A stretch of DNA of 63,840 nucleotides, filler included, from Octopus bimaculoides (lineage: Eukaryota): NCBI RefSeq assembly GCF_001194135.2. It is 7 parts of 6 records of this genome, joined end to end, with 100 filler letters (N's around TTAATTAATTAA, not from the genome) between each part and the next. Parts side by side here need not be neighbours in the genome. Positions count along the whole stretch, not along the records: positions 1 to 13,849 come from NC_068987.1; 6 more parts are not named here. One strand, written 5' to 3'. The first letter of the stretch is position 1. Each line of letters opens with the position of its first letter. Shown one piece after another: positions 1 through 13,949 of the stretch. Below the pieces are notes generated by a model, which saw only the letters and a list, made by a program, of their open reading frames with translations, searched no databases and had not been told where the DNA came from. The translations under genes and the position numbers were made by a program.

Positions 1-88
1 TACATATATATATATACATACATGCACTTATATTTATATATTCTTTGCACTATTTCTCCCCTGTTCGTGGTTTTTTGCAAAGGCTGAA

Positions 89-410
89 ATGCAGGAACAG
101 CGTACTTCCTTGAAATTCTATTTTCTGCTAAGAAAACGGCGACGGAAACAGTTATCATGTTATCAAAACAAAGATGCTGCCATGATCAAAACAGAAGCTT
201 ACGGGTGGTTTTTATGTTTCATGAATGGTCACTTGTCGTTTGAAGACTAATGTCATTCTTGGCGACCGTTGACTCATCAAATGAATGAAAACATCACCAA
301 AATTCATAAACGAATCGTGGATAGCCGCCAGCGAACAAGTGAAAGCCATGTGAATATGAGTGCTGTGTCTTGGAGCTCCTACGATATGAGTGTAAACATG
401 CAAAACTAAG
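89..410 (+). mobile_element. Mariner transposase N-terminal (HTH) remnant
   Basis: MQEQRTSLKFYFLL..KTATETVIML..AMIKTEAYGWF..FMNGHLSFED..SWRP..ENITKIHKRIVDSRQRT..VSWSS with frameshifts. Matches the mariner EQRxxIKF/KTATET/WF/SGRP pattern. Confidence 0.75.
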
Positions 411-1949
411 TGGATAAAAAAAGTATTGCTCTTGTCCATGGTCTTCGCACTCGGTACTGCTTATTTTGTCTTATTCATAAACACCTAGGTGACAATCTGG
501 ATAAGCTAATGTTTTCTGAAAGCAGTTCAACCTACTGACTCAAGCGAAACAGTAAAATATGCATGTGTGTTATCAAGTTAAAATTGTGACATATTTTTAT
601 TATCTATATTTCGGCGATTCATTACCAGAATGATTGAGATAATTAACAATGGAGTAGATCATATATATGTGTGCGTATAATTTTATTCGCATAACTTTAA
701 CAGTAAACACGTTGTAAAATATATTAAAATATTATCTGGGTTTTGCTTCAGAAATAGGCTACTTACATCAAAAGAAAGTTATGTGTATCATATTATTTAC
801 CTAGGGACATGAGTCCCATATTTTGTATAAGTGTCATTCAGTACAGCTTGTGAAATGCGAATATGAATAACAAAATAAAAAAATGCATTACATTTGGTTA
901 GAAAGGAGTAAAATAAAACAAAACATTATTTTGTTTGATTTTAGACTATATGTATATAGTTCAAACCTATTTACGGCTTTGATATCTTTTATTTCTGTAT
1001 GTAGTATATACACTTGAAAGAATCGAGAAACAGAGATGTGTGAGTGTGTGTGTGTTTATGGGTATGTGTGATTGTGTTGGGGTGTGTAGATAAATAGATA
1101 ATTAATTATATATATATANNNNNNNNNNNNNNNNNNNNNNNNNNNNNNNNNNNNNNNNNNNNNNNNNNNNNNNNNNNNNNNNNNNNNNNNNNNNNNNNNN
1201 NNNNNNNNNNNNNNNNNNNNNNNNNNNNNNNNNNNNNNNNNNNNNNNNNNNNNNNNNNNNNNNNNNNNNNNNNNNNNNNNNNNNNNNNNNNNNNNNNNNN
1301 NNNNNNNNNNNNNNNNNNNNNNNNNNNNNNNNNNNNNNNNNNNNNNNNNNNNNNNNNNNNNNNNNNNNNNNNNNNNNNNNNNNNNNNNNNNNNNNNNNNN
1401 NNNNNNNNNNNNNNNNNNNNNNNNNNNNNNNNNNNNNNNNNNNNNNNNNNNNNNNNNNNNNNNNNNNNNNNNNNNNNNNNNNNNNNNNNNNNNNNNNNNN
1501 NNNNNNNNNNNNNNNNNNNNNNNNNNNNNNNNNNNNNNNNNNNNNNNNNNNNNNNNNNNNNNNNNNNNNNNNNNNNNNNNNNNNNNNNNNNNNNNNNNNN
1601 NNNNNNNNNNNNNNNNNNNNNNNNNNNNNNNNNNNNNNNNNNNNNNNNNNNNNNNNNNNNNNNNNNNNNNNNNNNNNNNNNNNNNNNNNNNNNNNNNNNN
1701 NNNNNNNNNNNNNNNNNNNNNNNNNNNNNNNNNNNNNNNNNNNNNNNNNNNNNNNNNNNNNNNNNNNNNNNNNNNNNNNNNNNNNNNNNNNNNNNNNNNN
1801 NNNNNNNNNNNNNNNNNNNNNNNNNNNNNNNNNNNNNNNNNNNNNNNNNNNNNNNNNNNNNNNNNNNNNNNNNNNNNNNNNNNNNNNNNNNNNNNNNNNN
1901 NNNNNNNNNNNNNNNNNNNNNNNNNNNNNNNNNNNNNNNNNNNNNNNNN

Positions 1950-1983
<34 letters not shown>

Positions 1984-2349
1984 TTGCCAATTTCCCAAGG
2001 TACAGAATAACGTATATCAAGTATTCCTAAACACAAATAAAATGATGTGCGCCTCAACCAGTACATCAATTGTGAACCATAGAATTTGCGTTATTTGTAG
2101 CAGCTATTTTCCTGAAATGTCCGAACGAAGATGTACGCTACTAAGATATGCATTTCATCAGTTTCACAATTGAATGCCGGTCCGTTGCAGGATTATTTAT
2201 TGTTGCCATTTGAGTGGCCTGTAGGAAAGTGCAAGGAAGTCTCTTGCTAAAAAACACAACGTGGCACCCTGTCCATGGATCGAATCCATAATCATACGTT
2301 CATGAGTCCAACGAGTGTAGGCCAAATTCCACCTAAGACGAGAGACTCG

Positions 2350-3632
2350 CGGACAAAAGCCCCATAGTTAAAGTGTGAAAGAGAACAAAAGATCCATGAT
2401 TACATTTTTCGGTTATTTATTATTTTTTTTTTTTTTGTTAATTTTCATCTTGTATTTGTTACAATTATTAGACTGCAGCAATGCTGGGACACTACCTTGA
2501 AGAATTTTTAGCCAATAGTATTGGCGGCAGGATTTAAAGAAAAAAAATTACTTGTTGCAGCCATTAGACTGCGGCCATGCTGAGGCACCGTCTTGAATAA
2601 TGTTTAGTGGCAGAAAAATCAGTATTTTAAAATTCATATTTGAAGTCTTTTGTTTTCTTCTCTCAGCATTTTGAGATTGATGAGAATGATCTGATCATTT
2701 GAACTTTCTCTAGCCGTGTAAAGTCTAATAGAATCATGGCGCCAACGGTTAGTCATTCAAACGTACTTCTTATCCTTTTTATGTTTCTACACATTTCCTG
2801 AGGTAAATGGCTTCGTTTTTGTTGGAATTCAGACAATATGTGCATTGAGCAATAAATAGTCTTGCGTTCTGATCGTCTATTCTACTTAATTATTTTCGAT
2901 TGAATACATTTTGTTTCCTTGAAAATTGAAATTTGAAAATAAATTCACTTTTTTACACCCGCGATTTCCGTTTTGTTAACGTGAAATTACAAGAATTTTT
3001 CTTTAAAGATTTGGCTGTTATTTCTAGCATGTAAAGAAACCTTCTAGGCTTAACTTCAGATTCTGGGGTCAATTCATTCGACTAAATATTACTCAAGGCT
3101 GTAGTCCAATGACTGAAACAACTAAAAAGAGTTTTAGAAAATAAAGAAAAATCTATGAATAACCAAAAAAAAAATAATAATAATAATAATAACTGAGCGG
3201 GTTATAAATAAAAAAAATCAAGAGATTTAGCTATTATTTCTACCATGTGAAGAGACCTTGTAGGCGTAACTTCATCCGCTGGTTGAAAATCATTAAAACA
3301 TTTCTTAGTTTGATACATTCGGCTAAAAATTCCTCAAGGTGGTGTCCCAGCATGGCCACAGTCTAATGACTACAACAAGTTAAAAAAAAAAATAGAAAAC
3401 ACAGATAACCGAAAAATATAGCCGCGGGGNNNNNNNNNNNNNNNNNNNNNNNNNNNNNNNNNNNNNNNNNNNNNNNNNNNNNNNNNNNNNNNNNNNNNNN
3501 NNNNNNNNNNNNNNNNNNNNNNNNNNNNNNNNNNNNNNNNNNNNNNNNNNNNNNNNNNNNNNNNNNNNNNNNNNNNNNNNGTCCGAGGAACTTTTGTTTA
3601 TTTTCACACTTTAATTATGGGGCTTTTGTCCG
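2350..3632. mobile_element. Putative non-autonomous foldback/TIR element with about 160-bp diverged inverted arms
   Basis: 2350-2380 equals the reverse complement of 3602-3632 at 30/31. Arm similarity continues inward (ATTTTTCGGTTAT; TTAGACTG..GC.ATGCTGGGACAC.ACCTTGA.GAATTTTTAGCC) to 2513 and 3321. The right arm is interrupted by an N gap. Confidence 0.6.
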
Positions 3633-4944
3633 TGTGACTTTTCTCCGTGGGGGCCTTTGTCCAGATCCCGAGTGTCACACCTTAATCACTAAGGCACGCT
3701 CCTTAACACAATTTAACAAATGAAATATTGCTGCAATATACCCTCAGACTATGATACACATAGCTATTTGTCAAGAAAGGAGATATATTCTCCCCGACAA
3801 AGCACACTATGGAACTCGTTCTCCAGTTCGAACTTGCCTGAAGCATATTCGGACTGATAATAACATTACAGTCTTACTTATNNNNNNNNNNCCCTACTTA
3901 GCCCCCCCCCTCTGTAGTTTACTTACGGTGAAGCGCCGTATTGCGCGACCAGTCATCATGGGGTGAGTTGAAAATCACAACACAGGCAACTTGCCTGATG
4001 TATGTGACCGAAGAGCAGATAACTACTCCAAAATGCTAGCACCTAACAGCCTAGGTAGGTGGTGTTTCTTACAGATCTAGGTGTATAAACAACATATACA
4101 CAACCTATCTCAACAAGCGACATATATTCTACCTCATTAAATGGAGTAAGTACCTCGATTCCAAGTTTGAACGTGCTTCAAGGATATTGGGACTGGTAAT
4201 AACGGCGAAATTTTATTTATCACTGCTTAGCGGTCCCACTTTCCAACTGAAAATGTCTGTTCTGGTTGAAAATCCAAATAATCTGTATGCACACAATCAC
4301 ATTTTAAGAAATTAAGGAAAGTGTGCCCAATATAAATGTGTTTAATTATTTTATTTATGACAAGCCTTTCTAACATCATTATTAATTTACGTGGCAAGGC
4401 GGTCAGCTGGCAGAATCATGATCGCGTTAGACGAAATGTTTAGCGGTATTTCGCCCGTCGTTACGTTTTGAGTTCAAATTCCGTCGGGGTTGGCTGTGCT
4501 CTTCACATTTTCGGAGTCAATAAATTATTTCAAATTTTTGCCCCTGTGGCAAACATTTGAAATAATTATTAATTTGTAGGGTTGAAGTAAACTGGTGTGG
4601 TTTTTACTTCGGGTGTTATCTATTTCGTATTTGATATGGTTTTCATTGTAAGTAATAAAATTTATATATATTTGCAAAGTATTATTATATCGTAGAAACA
4701 GAGAATTACCCAGTATGTTTCTAAAATCTAGCTGTTAGTATCTTTCCTGTTATATGACATCAAATTATCTCCAAAGACTGAAAGTTTCAAGCAACGGATT
4801 CTAAAACATGTGACGCGACGTCAGTAAACGTAAATCCAATAGATTATAATATTCTCTTGCATGATGATACTCCACACCGATGGCATGAAAGGCATTGAGT
4901 ATATATATATATAGAGAGAGAGAGAGAGACAGAGACAGAGATTT

Positions 4945-5200
4945 ATACAGGACGGGCTTCTTTTAGCTTCTGTCTACCAAATCGACACGCAAGGTTTTGG
5001 TCGGCTCGATGCTATAGTAGAAGACACTTGCCCAAGGTGCCACGCAGTGNNNNNNNNNNTCTGTCTACCAAATCGACACGCAAGGTTTTGGTCGGCTCGA
5101 TGCTATAGTAGAAGACACTTGCCCAAGGTGCCACGCAGTGGGACTAAAACCGGAATTATGTGATTGGTAAGCAGGCTACTTACGACACAGCCACTCCTAT
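4945..5200 (-). mobile_element. Family A SINE 5' half (spans an assembly overlap)
   Basis: GCTATAGTAGAAGACACTTGCCCAAGGTGCCACGCAGTGGGACT...CTTACGACACAGCCACTCCT. Confidence 0.8.
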
Positions 5201-5288
5201 GCCTTATATATATATATATGTGTGTGTATGTGGGTGTGTGTGTGTGTGTGCGTGTGTATATGTGTGTTTGTGCGCGCGTGTATTTATG

Positions 5289-5332
<44 letters not shown>

Positions 5333-6044
5333 NNNNNNNNNNNNNNNNNNNNNNNNNNNNNNNNNNNNNNNNNNNNNNNNNNNNNNNNNNNNNNNNNNNN
5401 NNNNNNNNNNNNNNNNNNNNNNNNNNNNNNNNNNNNNNNNNNNNNNNNNNNNNNNNNNNNNNNNNNNNNNNNNNNNNNNNNNNNNNNNNNNNNNNNNNNN
5501 NNNNNNNNNNNNNNNNNNNNNNNNNNNNNNNNNNNNNNNNNNNNNNNNNNNNNNNNNNNNNNNNNNNNNNNNNNNNNNNNNNNNNNNNNNNNNNNNNNNN
5601 NNNNNNNNNNNNNNNNNNNNNNNNNNNNNNNNNNNNNNNNNNNNNNNNNNNNNNNNNNNNNNNNNNNNNNNNNNNNNNNNNNNNNNNNNNNNNNNNNNNN
5701 NNNNNNNNNNNNNNNNNNNNNNNNNNNNNNNNNNNNNNNNNNNNNNNNNNNNNNNNNNNNNNNNNNNNNNNNNNNNNNNNNNNNNNNNNNNNNNNNNNNN
5801 NNNNNNNNNNNNNNNNNNNNNNNNNNNNNNNNNNNNNNNNNNNNNNNNNNNNNNNNNNNNNNNNNNNNNNNNNNNNNNNNNNNNNNNNNNNNNNNNNNNN
5901 NNNNNNNNNNNNNNNNNNNNNNNNNNNNNNNNNNNNNNNNNNNNNNNNNNNNNNNNNNNNNNNNNNNNNNNNNNNNNNNNNNTATATATATATATATATA
6001 AACAAAATCGGACACGAACGCAAAACATCCACATAGACGATACA

Positions 6045-6290
6045 ACGAACATAACAGCAGGTGCCTTTCGACTAAAGCCGAATTATATTAAACTGGCGCA
6101 TGTGGGAGTAAAGCCTTACTACAGGGACATAAGATTTCACAGGGAAGAACTCAAGGACGGAAAAAACGGGGAGTGTTACACAAATACTATGCAAAGTACA
6201 GGACATAACAACAGGTGTCTTTCAACTAAGCACGAATTAAATTAAGCTGGCGTGTGTGGAGGTAAAGCCTTACAGCAGGGACATAAGATG
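6045..6290. repeat. Diverged direct repeat, period about 154 bp, about 1.6 copies
   Basis: ACAGCAGGTGCCTTTCGACTAA..AACTGGCGCATGTGGGAGTAAAGCCTTACTACAGGGACATAAGAT versus ACAACAGGTGTCTTTCAACTAA..AGCTGGCGTGTGTGGAGGTAAAGCCTTACAGCAGGGACATAAGAT. Confidence 0.8.
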
Positions 6291-9200
6291 TATGTATGTA
6301 TGACTATTTATGTAAGTATGTATAAATATTTATGTATGTTTGCATATATATTTATGTATGTATATATATTTATGTATNNNNNNNNNNATCAGAGAGAGCT
6401 TACCTAAAAAAATCAATAGATACATGTGCGTGTAGTTATGTTGTGTTTGGGCTCGTATATGCGCGCTTGTGTGTGTGTGTGTGTGTATGCATGTGTCTGT
6501 ATAAAGAGAGGAGAGAATAGAGAGAGAAATATTTTAATTTATTCTTTTTATATATGCAGTTTATTTCAAAAAATTATCCATATTAATGTAAAGTTTGTGT
6601 CTTTAATGTTACTTAATATAGTTTTATTTTATTTTACACGATAGTAATAAGTATCTTAATGTAATTTTTTTCTTTATTACATAAGTGTAAAATGTTATTC
6701 TCCTTCAGTATCCACTTCTTCTCCATTCATTTCTGAAAGTAACCTCATATTTCCATCTCCTACACTTTCTTTTGCCTCTATTTACCTCTTAAATCGCTGT
6801 CTCTCTAACTTCCCTGCATCTTTCTCTCTGTCTCTTTCTCTCAACTACTCCCATCTCTCTCCCTCGTTGTATCTTACTCGTTGACTGCCTGTCTGTCTGT
6901 CTCTCTTTCTCTCTGTATTCTCTTCTCACTCTTCCTCTCCCCGCCTCTCTTTCTCTCTTTTATATACTCCAAAAACATATTCCTAATACATTATCGCGCA
7001 AGAAATCCTGTTCTCTTTACATTTTGATAGATAAATTTTACTCGGGTATTCGTTCGCAGGAATGTATATCTCGCAGGAATGTATATCTCGCAGTTGTGAG
7101 AAATATTATTTCCGTCACCAGATGAAAATAATGCTGTTTTATAATTCATTCGGTTGTATAATTAAGTCATGACTGACCTAATTACCTGCGTCTGTATACG
7201 AATTTTTTTTTTTTTTGCTATCACTTTTGGCATGTGTGACTTTAACAAATCGCAATCTCGTTCGACGATCTTCTAGAATACCACTTTGCAAAGCTTTAAC
7301 ATGAAACAGAAAGAAAGTCGTCATATAAACTGTCGTATATATGATCGAGTCTCTTGAAAGCTGCAATGAACGATGTTTTCTTCTCATCTATCTATTTTTC
7401 TAGCTCTTGAATCATTTGAACTTTAAATCAGACAAAATTTATTATTCTCATATATTTCGTTGTTTTTTTTTTTTCAGTGAAAGGGGTAATGAAATATAAG
7501 GTGTTTCAATATTTGTTTATAGCAGAAAATTAATCCATGTTTATACGTTTTTAACCCTTATCTATTTTATGCTATTATCCGAAATAGCCCCAACATAAGT
7601 AGCCAGATTATTCTAGTTAGTATAACTGAAGGGAAATCAATTTCATTTCATTGTGTAACAATTCAGCTTAAGAATATAGAAAAAAAGTCGTGAGTTAAAT
7701 TCCTTCCATGTATGTATTCCATATTCTGAGTTTCACATGTTCGCAGCCACTATCATTGTGCTTCAAGCAATATGTCACTTGTTAGGTAAGATTTTGTTAG
7801 AGTTTTGAGAAGCACCGATTTCATTCGATTCTGTGTTTCACAGTACCTTTGCGGAAAATAATTCAGCTGGCTGAAGTTACTACTATATGATTATCTAGAT
7901 TATATTTTCATTTTCCGTTTCCTCCCCACACTCACACGCACACACACACATACATACACAAATACACGCATTTATATGAATACATGCATATGTGTTTGCG
8001 CATGTGTGTGTATGTGTGTGTGCTTGTGTGTATGTGTGTTTGTATGTGAGTGCGTGTGTGTGTGTCTGAGTGTGTATTCCACATGCTTTTTTCTCATGAT
8101 TACCTTTGCACACTAAGTCTTCCTGATTGATTGGGTAATTCACAGTATTAGATTTCCATGTGTCGGCCAAATTTTCAAGTTCCAAGTATGTAAAGAAATT
8201 CCATCCTGAAAAAGATAAGGCATGTCACTTCACATCGGCATTCAAAACATAAATTCCGAGAAGACAATTCATTCGATAAATACGGATATTTCACACGTAT
8301 GCTGTCCTTTTGAACCCACGAAATCATATTAGTGTGAAATAAAAAGACTCTAGTTACACTAAAGTATTAGTTCATTGTTTGTCTACTATGGTTAATAGGG
8401 CTTCTCAAATGATACATTTATTGCTTTTCTGAAAATTTGAAATGTTATGAAGATCCGTTAGGAAAAATGTTTAGTCGTGTAGTATACATATCTTTCAATT
8501 CATCACAACTAGAATCTCTTTTAATGAATAACCGTTAATAAATTGATGCGAAATTGCACTAATATGCAACCAGTTATCAGCATCGAAATTATTATACATT
8601 ATACCAGAATCTGCGTAGGTGTAAAACAATGTCGTTCAAAATATTGCTACTTGTTTCACATTAACAACCTCTCTTGGAAAGAAAAAAATGGAATTCAACG
8701 AAATTGTAATTGTTTAACTGTATCGTAAATTCAAAACCAGTGTCATAAGTTATGAATAGATGGTACGGGAAACGACTCTTTTCAGTCTTATGACAAAAGA
8801 AGGTCAGCTGTTTGTTGATACGCAGGCAAACACACACATATTCACTCTACACATATACGAATATATGAATATATATATATATATATATATATANNNNNNN
8901 NNNNNNNNNNNNNNNNNNNNNNNNNNNNNNNNNNNNNNNNNNNNNNNNNNNNNNNNNNNNNNNNNNNNNNNNNNNNNNNNNNNNNNNNNNNNNNNNNNNN
9001 NNNNNNNNNNNNNNNNNNNNNNNNNNNNNNNNNNNNNNNNNNNNNNNNNNNNNNNNNNNNNNNNNNNNNNNNNNNNNNNNNNNNNNNNNNNNNNNNNNNN
9101 NNNNNNNNNNNNNNNNNNNNNNNNNNNNNNNNNNNNNNNNNNNNNNNNNNNNNNNNNNNNNNNNNNNNNNNNNNNNNNNNNNNNNNNNNNNNNNNNNNNN

Positions 9201-9606
9201 NNNNNNNNNNNNNNNNNNNNNNNNNNNNNNNNNNNNNNNNNNNNNNNNNNNNNNNNNNNNNNNNNNNNNNNNNNNNNNNNNNNNNNNNNNNNNNNNNNNN
9301 NNNNNNNNNNNNNNNNNNNNNNNNNNNNNNNATATACATGCATACATATTTGCATAAAGGTGAACTCCCGTATACATATATATGGGCGTGTGTACATGTA
9401 TAAACATTTCACTAATATATAGATATCAAACATAATATATACACCATCACATTTACATTGTCTTCATTATTGCTATTATTAGTATTATTTTCATTTGCAT
9501 CTATCAAAGTGCTTGCTTATCCATCTTTCTGTTTATGTTTTATTAATCTCTGTCTCTGTCTCTGTCTCTGTCTCTTTGTCTGTCTGTCTGTATGTCTGTC
9601 TGTATG

Positions 9607-9653
<47 letters not shown>

Positions 9654-10555
9654 TCCCCTCTCTCTCTCTCTATATATATATATATGTGTGTGTACATATA
9701 TATATATATTTATATGTAGATATATATACATTTATATATATATATATATATTTATGTCTATCTATCTATGTATTTATTTATATATATATATATATAAACA
9801 CACACATATATGTACATGGCTAACAAATACATATAGGCGTTAGCCAGTGTGTATATAAATACAAAACTATAATTTATAATGTATCCTTCTTAGCGACATC
9901 AGATATATTTATATTGTAAAATAGCACATAAAGGAAGAAAACCACTTTATCTAGACATCTTAATTAATTAATACGTGTAACCACGATAGAGGGACATAAG
10001 CTAGATAGACGGAGGGGGACGAGTGACGAAGAAGGAGTGTAAATATTTATGTAAATAACAAAATGGCCTCAAGATTCTCCCAATAAAATTATTTTTGAGA
10101 AAATATTGTTCGTTTTGTTTGATGTAGTAAAATTTGTTTTTAATAATCAATAAATCGTCAACCTCACAAACAATAAAAATAAAAATAACAACTAAAAAGT
10201 TTTAATTAAATTTTCTCTATTTTGTTTTTGTTTTACTTTTATATATTTTATCTAGATTTTTCCTCATAAATCAAGTTTATATTTTATAATCGAGCTAATT
10301 TGGTTATTGTTTGAACTCTAACCAGCAAAGCAAATAAATAATAAATAGCAAAAAACAAAAGATACACACACATAAAAAAAAGAACTATATAGAGAAAAAT
10401 ACAAATAAAGCACAACATATCCAAATATTCATATAAAAGACTGTTTGTGTATGAAGGACATTGATGTGGAATGATTTGGAATTTAATAACACAGTCCTTT
10501 ATTTCTGTTTTAATCATTTTTGGTAGTTAGTGCCATCTTAGTGTGACGTGTGCGT

Positions 10556-10599
<44 letters not shown>

Positions 10600-12378
10600 C
10601 ATATATATATATATATATGAGTGTGTGTGTGTGTGTGTATATATATATGGTCACGTATATGTAAGAAGGAATTTTGTCTCTTCCATCTGTATGCGTAGGT
10701 TCCAGTGTGTCTGACGCTTCAACGCAAGGAATGTGCTTAACACGTACATTTATATGAATAACGTGTGATTAAATGTGTATACTCGTGTTCATCCGAGTAT
10801 TTGTGTCATTATTTCTTTTCTTTTGTAAAGCAGACGAAATTGATTAAAAATTGATAGCTACTTTGTAATCCAATCAATGAGATTAAAGAAGTTTACCACG
10901 TGACACAAGATTGGATTAATGTTTACAAAAAATAACCAACAACAAAATATCACATCACCGTCAAATAAAAATTATAAAGCTAAACAAAACAACAGTACGA
11001 TATTTCTCATTGATTGATTGATTGATCGGTCGAACCCTCATGATAGATTTCCATTTTCATTTTATAATATTCATATTATTCCTGATATTAAAATATATTT
11101 TTTATGTTTTGATTTCAGTTCATTATGGTTTGAAGTCAGGTTGGTGGGGATTTGAGGCCGTATATTATAAACTTCACTCAAGAACACGCCCTGTAATTAC
11201 ATTAAAGGGTACAACTGCGACATCAAAAACAAGAGTAATAATCATAATAATATTAAGCATTTTTTTAGGCTCAAAATTAGATTAGTTTTCTGTGATTGTA
11301 CTTGATAGGTCACCTTTTTTCACTTAACGGGTGAATACCCCTCGCGATAGTAATGAAAGGCGAAATTCCGTCTTCTGTGTAGCTTCAGCTAAGAATACAA
11401 AATGCATGGTAATGCATAGGGCAGCTCTTTAGTCCTTTGACCTGAAGTTCCAGGTATAAAAATCTGATTTTATAATTTCTCAGATGTTCTCTCATGATTT
11501 TCATTATTTCATAGTTTCTTCAGATATCAGGAGTTGTTTATTATGACTTGTCAAATAACGTTTGTACTGGTCTCATTTCATATCACTTCACATCCCATCT
11601 GTATCTGTAGACTTAGTACTCCTTAAATGGAATGCATACTAAATAACTTTACTAGTGCACTTATCTCACACTGATGCTGGTGATGTAGAGTTTCAGTAAC
11701 CTGCCATTTTGATTCAACCTTACTAATAATTATCAGTACGTACACATATCTGCGAATAAAACATCGACAAATCTATGAAAATTGATTTTTTCTTTTAACT
11801 CTAAACCTATGCATTGCCTCATTAAAATATATAGCCAACAATAAATTCATTTGTTTACTGCTTAAAACGGAAGACGTTTAATGATTTTGAGAAGGGAAAT
11901 AAACAGTTTTATTACTTGTCCCTTCTAGGAAGACATAAAAACGTATATATGTCGTAACATTATTCATCAAAATTATAGATGATTAGGGAGAGAAGTGATA
12001 AAGAGGACAAGATATGAGAGAAAGAGTAAAAGTAATGCATGAGTGATGAGAGTCCCAAACGGGTTATTTTCTGTATTGCACGGGGGGGGGGTATTTTGAC
12101 GAAGTAAAATATGTAGCTGTTTATATTAGCTAGACGCTAGGTATATTAGCTACAAATAAAATATGGAGAAAGGAGCAATATATGAAAGAATTGTAATATT
12201 TAGAATGATATATATAGCTAGTATAAAGTCGACTGAAATGAGGAGGAGTACGTAAGGAGTAGGGAAGCAGAATGCAATGAATGGTTAGAACTAAGATATA
12301 AAACGTCTAGCAGTCCTTATTCGTATCAGCGAAGAAAAGATACAGAGACGCAGTTGTGTGATATATGTAAATGTTTGT

Positions 12379-12379
12379 A

Positions 12380-12450
<71 letters not shown>

Positions 12451-12451
12451 A

Positions 12452-12482
<31 letters not shown>

Positions 12483-12498
12483 CTATATATCTATCTAT
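12379..12498. repeat. (TATC)n tetranucleotide microsatellite; similar (GATA)n at about 35777-35812 and 37602-37690
   Basis: Read directly. Confidence 0.97.
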
Positions 12499-13849
12499 NN
12501 NNNNNNNNNNNNNNNNNNNNNNNNNNNNNNNNNNNNNNNNNNNNNNNNNNNNNNNNNNNNNNNNNNNNNNNNNNNNNNNNNNNNNNNNNNNNNNNNNNNN
12601 NNNNNNNNNNNNNNNNNNNNNNNNNNNNNNNNNNNNNNNNNNNNNNNNNNNNNNNNNNNNNNNNNNNNNNNNNNNNNNNNNNNNNNNNNNNNATATATAT
12701 ATATATAGATATATATATGCATATAGAAATATGTTATAAGAGATGCATGCATATGTATCTATACCTGGAAGAATAAAAACAAAAAAAAGGCTTTAACCAC
12801 CACTGACGCGAGATCGATTGATGTTCATCTAACAAGATTATAGTTTTACTGCCGAATACAAGGTAGACTAAGATGCTAGATAACTCGCAAGAAATAGATG
12901 TATGATGAGATTGGTGACTGCTTACCCGATACTCTGATTAATCGTTGATATATAGGGCTCTCCGACAAATATTAGACGCATTTGATCACAGCCTTTATAT
13001 TTCATTTAATGTATGGTTTATATTCATGCATTACTACTACGATCACTTTGGCAAGAAATAAACATCAATATGACCGACTCGAGATGCACTGTGTGAATAT
13101 CCCAGGAACATATTTCTTAGCGTAATCCTGCATTTACTTCATTAATCTTCATAGTCCATCAAGTGTTGGGCATACTGATGAGATGCAGTGGCCAATTTAG
13201 AATGAAGCTAATTCACTTCCGCCCTATTATATCTTTAATCTTCCACAGCCTATACAAATGAGGTCTTGGTTTTCTAAAATAGGGCATGAAAATATACTAA
13301 TGATAGGAATGACGAAATGAAGGGGGTTAAATTTAGTGTTACGAAGAATTGAGAAGAAATAATTTTTTTGTAAAACATTGACATGATTGTCTCTATTAGT
13401 TGCTAATTTACGGAATAAATCTAAGAGCTCATTTACGATGACTAATGTCGGACATCTATCTCGGTCAAAGTTTAGCAATATATAATTGCACCACTGTATT
13501 TCTTATAAAACATTCTGCAATAAGGCAGAACATAGTATGAACGTCAATAGAACTTTCTGTACCAACACCAAATCAATGTAAAGTGATGCAAAAACGAAGA
13601 ACAATGAAAGACTTACTCAACACACCACTTTCACTATATATATATGCGCGGGTGTATGTGTGTATAATATATATATATATATGCGAGTAAAAATAAGTAC
13701 AAAAAAGAGTGTTTTTTTTGTATGATTGTGTATAGAGGAATATATTATTTTGTTTAAAAGAGTTCCAACACTGTCTGTTTTTTTATGTTTTATTTATATT
13801 CCTGCAAAACCAATGTGGGGTATAGAATATGGAATATACAATTTATAAT

Positions 13850-13949
13850 NNNNNNNNNNNNNNNNNNNNNNNNNNNNNNNNNNNNNNNNNNNNTTAATTA
13901 ATTAANNNNNNNNNNNNNNNNNNNNNNNNNNNNNNNNNNNNNNNNNNNN
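13850..13949. other. Artificial scaffold-join spacer (44 N + TTAATTAATTAA + 44 N); also at 23026-23125, 31418-31517, 38359-38458, 43130-43229, 61968-62067
   Basis: Identical 100-nt architecture six times. The 12-mer is self-complementary and places TAA in all six frames. Confidence 0.95.

Noticed and set aside
4969-5140. Exact 81-bp tandem duplication inside a SINE
   Set aside because: The copies are separated by exactly 10 N, which indicates an unmerged contig overlap.
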